Source of the DNA: Chiloscyllium plagiosum
Taxonomy: Eukaryota
Direction: 5' to 3'
DNA length: 64,000 nucleotides
Assembly: GCF_004010195.1 (NCBI RefSeq)
Contig: NC_057753.1
Span: 372,536-436,535 of the forward strand
In this document: piece by piece, positions 24,830 to 35,949 of the stretch
How the letters are laid out: each line of letters starts with the position of its first letter
Position numbering within the stretch: the stretch's first letter is position 1
Position numbers and translations under genes: made by a program
The notes under the pieces: generated by a model
Database searches by the model: none
Seen by the model: the letters and a program-made list of their open reading frames with translations, nothing else
Told to the model about the DNA's origin: nothing

Positions 24830-25410
24830 CCTTCATCACAAATGGCGATTGAAGAATTTCTTTGCAGAACGCAAACTTTACTGATCTGCAGTGGCTGCAA
24901 CACGATACTAGTCCCAAATGGCTGTGATTTTCTTACAACGCGGGACGGCAAGGAAAGGGAACTGTTGCGTTGCATCAGAAGGGACTGGCGATCCCTGGCT
25001 TGACAGGTCGCATTTCCATCCACTTGCGTTTTCACGGACCGGCCTCTTCCTCGGCGCACGCCACTGTAGACTTCGCTTCCCTGAGTGAACGGATGTTCCT
25101 CGACACGCGACGACAAGAACGAACGAAGCGGACCGACCCACTTGCTGAGACAATTCAACGGGGCCGGGCTTTCCTTGGAGCGGCCATCTGGTGCAGAGTG
25201 CAATCCCCCAGCATGTTTTCTGACTCAACCAGAGAAGGGAGCTCCGTGACAGAGATGCGGCTCAGGGATGCGGAGTTCTCTCATGGTGCAGAGCAGCGAG
25301 AGAAAAGCAAAGCGTTCGCCCTATCCCCACAGCAGTCAGCTACCATGTTCGCCAGTGTACACGTTCACCTCCTCAGACTGCTGCCGAGAGGCTACGTTTC
25401 TGAGGTGAGT
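24830..25410 (+). promoter_or_regulatory. CpG-rich promoter and first exon ending in a consensus splice donor
   Basis: Non-repetitive CpG-rich block; CGGCCATCTGGTG at 25181; ZNF143-like CAATCCCCCAGCATG at 25201; GAG|GTGAGT donor at 25405; G-rich intron start. Confidence 0.6.
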
Positions 25411-25762
25411 GCGGCACCCGGGGAAAGAGGGACTTTGGGGGGGGGGGGGGGGGAGGGGGCAGGTGGGGAGAGGCCACGGTGCCCGCTGGGTGCTTGGACT
25501 GCAGAAGGGATCAGATGCCAAGTTGGTAAGGTGCCAGGGTGGGGATGAGGGAGGGGTTGAGCTGGAGAAATAAAGTGGGTGTGGGGGGTGAAGGTCAGGT
25601 CCAAAGGGGACCATGGGCTGGGTCGGGCCCGGCGAGGGGAATGGGCCCAAGGTTAGATGGTGGAGAGTGGGGAACAGAGGGGAACACTCCATCCAGCCGA
25701 GGGGTGCACGGGGAGGGGGGGAGAGACTCAGGTCCAGGATATGGACCGCTGGGTCTGAGGCA

Positions 25763-26601
25763 GTGTGGAAGCTGGCTATTCCGCCCATTTGAGTCCACAC
25801 CAATCCTCTGGTGAGCATCCAGCCCAAACCCAACTCCCTAACCATACCCCTGTAACTTTGCATTCCCCATGGCTAACCCACCCAGCCTGCACATCCCATG
25901 ATACTATGGGTAATTTAGCATGGCCAATCCACCCTAAACTGCACATCCCTGGGCACTATGGGTAATTTAGCATGGCCAATCCACCCAAACCTGCGCATCT
26001 TTGGACTGCAGGAGGAAACTCACCCCTTAAGAACTCAACATGTCTGCCCCTCGCGAGGATCTGATATCCACACAGTGGCTCAGTGGATAACACCACAGCC
26101 TCACAGCTCCAGGGACCCGGGTTCGATTCCAGCCTCGGGGGACTGTCTGTGAGGAGTTTGCACATTTTCCCTGTGTCTGCGTGGGTTTCCTTTGGTGCTC
26201 CGGTTTCCTCCCACAATCCAAAAATGTCCAGGTTAGGGTGGATTGGCCCTGTTAAATTACCCATAGTGCCCAGGGATGTGTAGGTTAGGTGGTCAGGGGT
26301 AAATCTAGAGTAATAGGGATGAGGGAATGGGTCTGGGTGGGTTACTCTTCAGAGGGTCGGTGTGGACTTGTTGGGTCGAGGGCCTGTTTCCATACTATAG
26401 GGATTCCGTGAAACTGGAGCAACTGAGGAATCCCATGCAGACACAGTGGGGGAGAATGTGCAAACTCCACACAGACAATCGCAACGAGGCTGGAATCGAA
26501 CCCGGGTCCCTGACACTGTGATGCAGCGGTGCTAACTAGTACACCACTGTGTGGATATCGGATCCTAGTGAGGGGCAGGAGTGTTGAGTTCTTGAGGGGT
26601 A
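25763..26601. repeat. Minus-strand HE1 SINE containing an inverted copy of itself plus flank
   Basis: Arms about 26022-26210 and 26410-26601 are reverse complements, including about 55 bp of non-SINE sequence. Confidence 0.75.
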
Positions 26602-26896
26602 CATTTATGGGGATGGGGGAGGCGTGGGCTAGTCAGGATGAGTTGGGACTGTGTGGGATGAGTTGGGACTGTGTGGGCTAAGTGTGGTCTTGGTTTAACA
26701 GTTACTCAGGACCCAGCCTCATTATTTTAACAACCTCACTTTTCCTGAGTAATTACTGACTTAAATTTTATCTGGGAACTTTCAGAGAGATCTGCGCAGA
26801 GAGGCAAATTCAAGGGTCTCATGATGGGTTTTTGCGCTGGACACGTCCTTGCTATGTTAGTTCAGTGTCTGTCTGGCAAAAAAGCCAAACCCCAAA

Positions 26897-27250
26897 ATAG
26901 AGTCAGAGAGATGTACTGCACGGAAACAGTCCCTTCGGTCCAACCCGTCCATGCCGACCAGATATCCCAACCCAAACTAGTCCCACCTGCCAGCAGCCAG
27001 CCCCATATCCCTCCAAACCCTTCCTATTCATATACCCATCCAGATGCCTCTTAAATGTTGTAATTGTACCAGCCTGTACCCCGTCTGTGTGAAAAAGTTG
27101 TCCCTTAGGTCTCTTTTGTATCTTTCCCCTCTCACCCTAAACCTATGCCCTCTAGTTCTGCACTCCCCTACTCCAGGGAAAAGACTTTGTCTATTTATCC
27201 TATCCATGTCCCTCATAATTTTGTAAACCTCTGTAAGGTCACCCCTCAGC
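26897..27250 (-). mobile_element. CR1 LINE 3' end
   Basis: RT C-terminus and 3' UTR on the minus strand. Confidence 0.85.
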
Positions 27251-27451
27251 CAAACCTAAAAATTTTAAAACTCTTGACAAAAAAAGTAGCACCCTGTAAT
27301 CGCAAAACCCTCCTCTGTTAACTGAAGAGAAATAACTTTTCTATTGTACCCAAAACACATCTGGCGCAGTACCCAACACACCTCAGTGTGGATAGTATTC
27401 ACACCAGAGATCCTTGGATCACACACACCTCAGTAGTTTCAGATCACTTAA

Positions 27452-27671
27452 GTTAAAAATCACACAACACCAGGTTGTAGTCCAACAGGTTTAATTGGAA
27501 ACACTAGCTTTCGGAGTGTCGCTCCTTCATCGGGTAGTCCACAACCACCCGACGAAGAAGCTGCACTCTGAAAGCTATTGCTTACAATTAAACCTGTTGG
27601 ACTATAACCTGGTGTTGTGTGATTTTTAACTTTGTACACCCCAGTCCAACACCGGCATCTCCTAATCATGT
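27452..27671. mobile_element. Palindromic Penelope-derived element (family B)
   Basis: Inverted arms around about 27540; TSD AGATCACTTAA at 27441-27451 and 27672-27682. Confidence 0.82.
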
Positions 27672-27683
27672 AGATCACTTAAA

Positions 27684-27821
27684 TCTGCAACTGGAGGGGC
27701 AGCAAGGGAGGAGGAGAGGGAGTCTGCGACTGGAGGAACAGCGAGGGAGGAGGAGACGGAGTCTGCGACTGGAGGGGCAGCGAGGGAGGAGGAGACGGAG
27801 TCTGCGACTGGAGGAACTGAG
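27684..27821 (+). repeat. 39-bp purine-rich minisatellite, about 3.5 units
   Basis: TCTGCGACTGGAGGGGCAGCGAGGGAGGAGGAGACGGAG repeated. Confidence 0.9.
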
Positions 27822-28090
27822 AGTCCCTACTTGCTTGCTGTTCCAATCAAACTCTGCTGGCTTGGGAACAAGGGAACAGAGGGAGGCCATTTCAATGGAC
27901 TCATGGCCAATGTCTGACCCACAGCCCTCAACACCTTGGCTTAACAGAAAAATAAATCTGCTTCGGATTTCAAACTAACAACCGATCCAGCACTCACTGC
28001 CATTTGTGGTGTAGGATTTCAAACCACTACCACTCGTGTGTGATTGGAAGCACTGCCTAGCATCGCTCCTGCATGGTCTGGCCCTAATTT

Positions 28091-28397
28091 TACATTACAT
28101 TACAGTGTGGAAACAGGCCCTTCGGCCCAACAAGTCCACACCAACCCGCCGAAGCGCAACCCACCCATGCCCCTACATTTACCCCTTACCTAACACTATG
28201 GGCAATTTAGCATGGCCAATTCACCTGACCTGCACATCTTTGGATTGTGGGAGGAAACCGGAGCACCCGGAGGAAACCCACACAGACACGGGGAGAACGT
28301 GCAAACTCCACACAGTCAGTCGCCTGAGGTGGGAATTGAACCCGGGTCTCTGGCGCTGTGATGCAGCAGTGCTAACCACTGTGCCACCGTGCCGCCC
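28091..28397 (-). mobile_element. HE1/V-SINE, full length, (TGTAA)n tail
   Basis: Near-identical to the 62345-62668 copy. Confidence 0.92.
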
Positions 28398-28669
28398 TAC
28401 TTTGTAGACTACTTCCTCAGATCTGAAATCTCCAACCAGAGGTCATTGTCTATCTTTATCCACCCTGCCCTTTCCTGTTAATATCTCGAAGCTTTTGATC
28501 CGAATGGCCCTTAAGCTTTGAAATTCTGGAGAAAACGAGCCTAACTTGTCTAATATCCCTCCATCTAAAGTCCAGGCGTTGTTCTTGTAAACTTACAGTG
28601 TACTCCTTTCAAGGCCAAGATAACCTTCCTCAGGTGTGGTGCCCAGATCTGGGGCAGGGCTAGGTAGGG

Positions 28670-29008
28670 ATAGCTTTGTGGTACTTCCATGGGACTATTA
28701 ATCCAGTCACCCCAGAGGGTTCTGTGATCGTGGGGTCGAATCCAGCCACAGTAGATGGTGGAATCTAAGTTCAATGAAACTCTGGAATTTCAGAGTCGAA
28801 TGATAAAACATTGTCGGAAAAACCCATCTGGTTCACTCATATCCCTTTGCAGAAAGAAACCACTGTCCTTACCTATTCTAGCCTATATGTGACTCCAGAC
28901 CTACAGCAATGTGGTTGACTCTGACCTGACCCCAGGCAATTAGGGATGGGGCAATAAATGTTGGACCTGGCCAGTGATGCCCTCGTCCCCTGAATGAATT
29001 TTAAAAAA
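28670..29008 (+). mobile_element. Second tRNA-like SINE family (other copies at 32985-33225 minus and 41810-42030 plus)
   Basis: B-box-like GGGTCGAATCC, conserved CCATCTGGTTCACT...GTGACTCCAGACC core, A-rich end. Confidence 0.7.
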
Positions 29009-29054
29009 ACCACAATCTGCTCACAGTACTCCAAGTGGACTCGAACTAGAGATT

Positions 29055-29640
29055 CATAGGACCCCTAGAGTGTGAAAGCAGGCCATTCGGCCCAACCAGT
29101 CCACACCTACCCTCTGAACAACATCATGCCCCTAGGCCCAGCCTCCTATCCTATCCTAGCCCTGTAACCCTGAATTCCCCATGGCCAATCCACCCTAACC
29201 TGCACATCCCAGGGCACTATGGGTAATTTAGCACGGCCAATCCACCCTAACCTGCACACCCCAGGACATTATGGGTAATTTAGCATGGCCAATCCACCCT
29301 AACCTGCACATCCCAGGGCACTATGGGTAATTTAGCATGGCCAATCCACCCTAACCTGCATATCCCAGGGCACTATGGGTAATTTAGCACGGCCAATCCA
29401 CCCTAACCTGCACACCCCTGGAGACTATGGGTAATTTAGCACGGCCAATCCACCCTAACCTGCACATCCCAGGGCACTATGGGTAATTTAGCATGGCCAA
29501 TCGACCGCAACCTGTACATCTTTGGAACTGCGGGAGGAAACCGGAGAACACCCACTGAGTGGGGTGGAGGAGGGGAACGCACAGTCAGTCAGTCATGGGT
29601 CCCCGGCGCCATGAGCCGAACTCCTGCTCCCCACCACCCG
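29055..29640 (-). mobile_element. HE1/V-SINE with about 6-7 tandem 52-bp units
   Basis: Repeats of CCAATCCACCCTAACCTGCACATCCCAGGGCACTATGGGTAATTTAGCA at 29177-29520. Confidence 0.85.
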
Positions 29641-29650
29641 AACCCTGCGG

Positions 29651-29801
<151 letters not shown>

Positions 29802-30301
29802 NNNNNNNNNNNNNNNNNNNNNNNNNNNNNNNNNNNNNNNNNNNNNNNNNNNNNNNNNNNNNNNNNNNNNNNNNNNNNNNNNNNNNNNNNNNNNNNNNNN
29901 NNNNNNNNNNNNNNNNNNNNNNNNNNNNNNNNNNNNNNNNNNNNNNNNNNNNNNNNNNNNNNNNNNNNNNNNNNNNNNNNNNNNNNNNNNNNNNNNNNNN
30001 NNNNNNNNNNNNNNNNNNNNNNNNNNNNNNNNNNNNNNNNNNNNNNNNNNNNNNNNNNNNNNNNNNNNNNNNNNNNNNNNNNNNNNNNNNNNNNNNNNNN
30101 NNNNNNNNNNNNNNNNNNNNNNNNNNNNNNNNNNNNNNNNNNNNNNNNNNNNNNNNNNNNNNNNNNNNNNNNNNNNNNNNNNNNNNNNNNNNNNNNNNNN
30201 NNNNNNNNNNNNNNNNNNNNNNNNNNNNNNNNNNNNNNNNNNNNNNNNNNNNNNNNNNNNNNNNNNNNNNNNNNNNNNNNNNNNNNNNNNNNNNNNNNNN
30301 N
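29802..30301. other. Assembly gap (500 N)
   Basis: Run of N. Confidence 1.
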
Positions 30302-30509
30302 TTGGATCTTTTGCGTCCTTTTGTAAAATATTTTAACTTTTCTCATGGCTGGGGAAATAGTGGCACTCGATTTTCAACACATTCCTCCAATAAGCTTCTG
30401 AACTTTTGAGGTATTGTTGTCACATGAACCTAAGTAGAGTGAAAAGTTTTGTTCAGTGAGCAGTACAGGCAGATCACAACAACCAAGGACATACAGACCC
30501 TAGGGTACT

Positions 30510-30845
30510 TAGTCAGAGTCAAAACGCGTGGTGCTGGCAAAGCACAGCCGATCAGGCAGCATCTGAGGAGCAGGAGAGTCAATGTTTTGAGCATAAGTTC
30601 TTCATCAGGAAAGTAGGGGAGGCCCAAGAGGGCTGAGAGATAGGAGTGGGCTGGAGGAAGGTAGCAAGGAATACAATTGGTAGATGGAGGTGGGGGGAGT
30701 GATGGTGAGAGGTTGGAGAGGTGGGTGGAGTTGATAGGTGGGAAGGAAGACGGACAGGTAGGATAGTTCAAGAGGGCAGTGCTGATTTCGAGGGTTGGAT
30801 CTGGGATAAGGTGGAGGGAGGGGAGATGAGGAAACTGGTGAAATT
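30510..30845 (-). mobile_element. Penelope-like element 3' region (family A pLTR plus pyrimidine-rich 3' UTR)
   Basis: Minus strand reads CCTGATGAAGAACTTATGCTCAAAAC followed by the family A tail. Confidence 0.7.
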
Positions 30846-31371
30846 AGACAGAGCAAAGCATACAATGTTACACAGGAGGTGATTTTTTACAGAGTTAGAA
30901 ATAAGGTTTAAACGCATGGAACAGTTATCTGAAACGTGAGAATAGGAACTGCTGTAGAGAGCTCGCAAAGGGTTACCCAGTGTCTATGCCATCTTGAATC
31001 CAAGTCGTGGCAACACTCCTTTGAAGTGCCTCAAGAGGTTTCATTATTTTGACAAAAGTATCATCACTGAGGACCAAGTGTGTCAGGAGCTAAGATGCAC
31101 ACACTGCTTGCTTAATGTAAAGGTTCTTGCGGCATCCATTCTTCCCAAGCTGGGTTCCCCTTGGGTCACCCTGGCGATCAGCAATTACAAGATCACAAAA
31201 GAAGATAGCACTGCGTCAGGGGCCAGACTGCGTTTCCATGTTCCACAACCTCGCCAAGTTGAGACCACCTCCGTAGAAAGGACAAGTCGAAAGGTGAAGA
31301 TCACAGGAGGGTAGCGAGTGGGCTTTGGAACTTCAACATGCCACCCGGCTCTTCAAGTTTGAAAGAAAAGG

Positions 31372-31525
31372 GAAGGCCTGCATTTATAAAGCGCTTTCCA
31401 GGGCCAAAGCCAACCCAATAGCACCTCAGGTGCAATAAAGTTGTTTTGCACAACATTCACTGTTAGCGTGTATGAAATGTGGCAGTGGGTCTGCACACAG
31501 CAAGCTTTCAGAAATACAACAACCT
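31372..31525 (-). mobile_element. DeuSINE-like fragment
   Basis: TGCATTTATAAAGCGCTTT...TGCACACAGCAAGCT resembles the Deu-domain SINE 3' region as I recall it. Confidence 0.45.
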
Positions 31526-31539
31526 GTTTATGAGCGGAC

Positions 31540-32190
31540 AGGTTGGAGGCAGCAGGCCGTTCAGCCCCACCAGAGATTGCCCCGTCATCTGATGAGATCG
31601 TGGCTGAATTGATAATGGCCTCAACTCCACCCTCTTTCCTGCCCAACTCCTACCTGCTGCTTTTCACTCCTTGTCAGTCAGGGAGTTGTCTCAACCATGA
31701 AAGAAAAGGTATTCAATGATCTCACTTTCAGGGCTGCCCAGGGAAGAGAGTTCCTCAGATTAACAACCCTCTGGCAGGTTAAATTTCTCCTCAGCTCTGC
31801 CTTAAAGGGGACATTCCTTATTTTCAAAGCGTGATGTTTTAGTTCTCACCTCAAATGCAAGGGAAAACATCTTTCAGCATCTATTCGGTCAAGTCCCTGC
31901 AGGATCTGTGATGTTTCATTAAGATCAGCATGCCTTCTAAACACCAAGGGATTCAGGCCCTTGACTTACCAGGAACATGTGCCCTTACACTTTCTCCATT
32001 TTGCTTCTAATGCACTAATACATACTTCAGTCACCTGGTTTGGAAATGCTGTGACACCTCTGGGCCAGGTGGAATTTGAACCTGGAACGTCCGGCCTGGA
32101 ATTAGGGACCCAACCGCTGCACCACAACACCCGTCTAATGTGTCTACAGTTTATCCTTTCTTGAATAAGGGATCAGTATTGAGGTATGAG
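31540..32190 (-). mobile_element. Old CR1 LINE 3' fragment
   Basis: Degenerate 3' UTR and RT end. Confidence 0.6.
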
Positions 32191-32435
32191 GAACAGTCAT
32201 GATTCCAGTCCTGATCCCCTCCCCCATCTCTTTCTTCAGACACCTGTATCATTGCTGCCTCCTGCTTTCGCTGTGAACTGGAAAAAGGAATTTATTTCAC
32301 TGCTAATTTTCACCTCCACCCACTCCACCTCCAATCGTCCCTGTCCCTTGGCTCCATTTCTGGAGAGTCACATGGACGTGAAAACCCAGAGGCTCTCACA
32401 GCCAGCTTGAATCCACTTCCATGCCCCTTGCTTCC

Positions 32436-32979
32436 CATTATGACATGGCGGTGAACCCCTCTGTTAATTAAACCAAACACCAGAAACGCTCACCTCACTG
32501 CTTATTCTGTTACAATATGAGTGACTGAGAACTCGCAAATTCCACTATTTAGTGAAAATAACATCAATTTATTTTCTCACTTTTTATAACTTTAAACAAC
32601 TATTCCCAATTCTAAGCCCCTCTTTCCCTTAACTGCTTATTATCTGCCTCCATCTCTATAACAATATGCTGTTCCAATAAGACACTTATTGAAATTACAT
32701 CAACTTAATTTCAAAACCACACAGCCACTGTCGTCTTCTGTTTTCCCTCTTCCAGCTGAGGATCTCCCTGAGTCATCAGCTTTCTTTTTACTGCGAGTAT
32801 CTTTCATATGAAAAGGTCCCTTTGATAGAGAGGGTTTCCTCATTTCTTGGGGAGCAAGATGTTAGCTCTTCCTGCATTGCTGTCTTGATAGCATTTGTTC
32901 TCTTATCAATTATGAAAATGTCCGCATTTTTATCCCCACAACTTCAGATTGTCTCATTGGTTTGATATTGGCAAAACAA
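32436..32979 (-). mobile_element. Truncated solo LTR
   Basis: Reverse complement of the 3' two-thirds of 19253-20168. Confidence 0.7.
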
Positions 32980-33227
32980 GAGAGCAGTTCATAGTTAACA
33001 TTGTGGCCTGGAGTCACATGCAGGCCAGCCACTTATGGCAGAGATCTTTCCCCGAAGGTAATTAGTGAGCACGGGTGGATTTTGACAAGAATCAAGGTAG
33101 CTTCAAGGTTATTATCACTGTGATTGTGTTTTTGGGCCTTGAATTATCAATTCTTCATCCCTGCACAGTGGCATTCAAAGACATTAGCCTTAACCTTTGG
33201 GTTATTAGTCACAATGACATTGTCACG

Positions 33228-33735
33228 ACACGGTGACATGGTGGCTCAGTGGTTAGGGTCAAAAGGTGTGGTGCTGGAAAAGCACAGACAGTCAGGCAGC
33301 ATCCAAGGTACAGGAGAGTCTCGGCCTGACTGGCTGTGTTTTTCCAGCACCACACTTTTTGACTCTGATTTCCAACATCTGCAGTCCTGACTTTCTCCCG
33401 GCTCAGTGGTTAGCACTGCTGCCTCATAGCGCCAGGGACTTGGGTTTGATTACAGCTATCAAATGACTATCTGTACGGAGTTTGCACATTCTCCCCGCGT
33501 CTGTGTGGGTGTTATGCGGTTTCCTCACACAGTTCAAAGATGTGCAGGTTAGGTGGATTGGCTGTGGTAAATCGTCCATTGTGTCCAGTGATATGCAGGC
33601 CAGGCATATGCAGGCCAGGCTGATTAGCCATGGGAAACACAGGATTAGAGGGATAGGGTAGGAATGAGATGATTTTCGGAGGGTCGATGCAGACTTGATG
33701 GGCCAAATGACCTGCTTCCACACTGTAGGGATTCT
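33228..33735 (+). mobile_element. HE1/V-SINE with a family A palindrome (33257-33399) inserted in its A box
   Basis: TSD GGCTCAGTGGTTAG at 33243-33256 and 33400-33413. Confidence 0.82.
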
Positions 33736-34509
33736 ATCACCCCCCCAGCAGGCAATGCTACCTTCCAAAATGGCACTTCCAATATGTCTTCATCTTTCTT
33801 CACTGGGGATTCAGACCCATCACAGAAACCTCCACTGGGCTCACCACATCTTGTGTATTCCTGCAACCACCTCTTCCTCTCTCGTCCAGAATCATGGGTT
33901 CCATTTATCCTTACTTTCCACCCCACCCACCTCCATATGCAGCAGATTGTCCTCCATCTAATACATCACCTCCAGTTTGATGTGAAACAAATTAGAAAAT
34001 AGGAAGAGGAGTAGGCCGTTCGGCCCTAAATTGCCAGCTCTGCCATTCAGTATGATCATGGCTGAAAATCCAATTCAGTTCCCTGTTCCTGCTTTCTCCC
34101 CCTACCCTTTGATCCCTTTAGCCCTAAGGGGCAGCACAGTGGCTCAGTGGTGAGCACTGCTGCCTCACAGCACCAGGGTCCCAGGTTCAATTCCAGGACC
34201 AGTTCCACCACAGAACACACCAGATGGCCTCCTTCTTTAGAGACCGCAATTTCCCTTCCCACGTGGTTAAAGATGCCCTCCAACGCATCTCGTGCACATC
34301 CCGCACCTCCGCCCTCAGACCACACCCCTCCAACCGTAACAAGGACAGAACGCCCCTGGTGCTCACCTTCCACCCTACCAACCTTCGCATAAACCAAATC
34401 ATCCGCCGACATTTCCGCCACCTCCAAACAGACCCCACCACCAGGGATATATTTCCCTCCCCACACCTTTCTGCCTTCCGCAAAGACCGTTCCCTCCGTG
34501 ACCACCTGG

Positions 34510-34894
34510 NNNNNNNNNNNNNNNNNNNNNNNNNNNNNNNNNNNNNNNNNNNNNNNNNNNNNNNNNNNNNNNNNNNNNNNNNNNNNNNNNNNNNNNNNNN
34601 NNNNNNNNNNNNNNNNNNNNNNNNNNNNNNNNNNNNNNNNNNNNNNNNNNNNNNNNNNNNNNNNNNNNNNNNNNNNNNNNNNNNNNNNNNNNNNNNNNNN
34701 NNNNNNNNNNNNNNNNNNNNNNNNNNNNNNNNNNNNNNNNNNNNNNNNNNNNNNNNNNNNNNNNNNNNNNNNNNNNNNNNNNNNNNNNNNNNNNNNNNNN
34801 NNNNNNNNNNNNNNNNNNNNNNNNNNNNNNNNNNNNNNNNNNNNNNNNNNNNNNNNNNNNNNNNNNNNNNNNNNNNNNNNNNNNNNNNNNNNNN
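34510..34894. other. Assembly gap (385 N)
   Basis: Run of N. Confidence 1.
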
Positions 34895-34995
34895 ATCCCC
34901 TCCCCCACTTACCCATTGTACTCTATGCTACTTTTCTCCCCACCCCACCCTCCTCTAGCTTATCTCTCCACGCTCCAGGCTCTCTGCCTTTATTC

Positions 34996-35032
34996 CTGAT
35001 GAAGGGCTTTTGCCCGAAACGTCAATTTCGAA
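34996..35032 (+). ncRNA. Minimal type-I hammerhead ribozyme motif
   Basis: CUGAUGA, stem II GGGC/GCCC with UUUU loop, GAAA, short stem III; possible short helix I UUC/GAA. Confidence 0.6.
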
Positions 35033-35552
35033 GCTCCTTGGATGCTGCCTGAACTGCAGTGCTCTTCCAGCACCACTGTAATCCAGAATCTGGTTTCCAG
35101 CATCTGCACTCATTGTTTTTACCCTGGGTGAAGACACTTCTCCCCATCTCAGTCCTCATCCTCAGACAGTGGCCCCTGGTTCCGGACTCCACAGTCATCA
35201 GGAACATCCTGCTTTGACCCTGTCTAATCCTGTCAGAATTATATCGATTTCGATGAAATCATTCCCATTCTTGTGAATTCTCGTGAACATAGTCCAAACC
35301 ATATCAGTCTGGTAAATGTTTGTTGTGCTCCCTCCATCACCAGAACCTTCTTCCTCAGATAAGGAGACCACAACTGCGGCCCGTCCTCACCCAGTGATGT
35401 GGTCTCACCAAAGCCCTGTACAATAGCAATAGGACAACCCTGTTCCTCTCGCTGAAAAGGCCAACATAACATTTGCCTCCTCCACTGCCCGCTCCGTCTG
35501 CATGTTTACGTTCACAACAAGGGCACACCCAGGTCTTGTTGCACCTCCCCCT

Positions 35553-35788
35553 TCCAGCCTCGGGCAACTGTCTGTGTGGAGTTTGCACATTCTCCCAGTG
35601 TCTGCCTGGGTTTCCTCCCACAGTCCAAGATGTGAAGGTCAGGTGAATTGGCTACACTAAATTGCCCGTAGTGTTAGGTACATTAGTCAGAGAGAAATAG
35701 GTCTGGGTGGGTTACTCTTCGGAGGGTCGATGTGGACTTGTTGGGCCGAAGGGCCTGTTTCCACACTGTAGGGAGTCTAATCTAATCT
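35553..35788 (+). mobile_element. HE1/V-SINE body and tail (a SINE head lies at 34128-34196)
   Basis: V-domain and (TCTAA)n tail. Confidence 0.8.
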
Positions 35789-35949
35789 TTCCCAATCTAC
35801 TGCCATTCGGAGAGGAAGCTGCCTTCCTGATTTCCCAACCAAACCTCGCATTCCCGCTCATTATAATTCACCTGCCACGCATTTGCCCACTCACACTGGA
35901 GCATCGCTGCACCCCCGCCTCACAGTTCACCCAGCCTTTCCTGGTCTGA

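Larger units (their letters stand above)
32200..33980 (+). mobile_element. Old, fragmented Penelope-like RT/linker remnant (32200-32435 and 33745-33980) interrupted by an LTR and SINEs
   Basis: Degenerate FTANFH and PFILTFHPTHLHMQQIV segments; the latter matches the younger copy at 34196-34509. Confidence 0.55.
34196..35124 (+). mobile_element. Young Penelope-like retroelement, 5'-truncated: ORF fragment, gap, 3' pLTR with hammerhead core
   Basis: Open frame MASFFRDRNFP...RTPLVLTFHP...SAFRKDRSLRDHL is typical of the PLE RT-to-GIY-YIG linker. Core CTGATGA-AGGGC-TTTT-GCCC-GAAAC at 34996-35020. Confidence 0.82.

Noticed and set aside
25436..25470. Poly-G run with G-quadruplex potential
   Set aside because: Common at GC-rich first-intron starts, and homopolymer length is unreliable.
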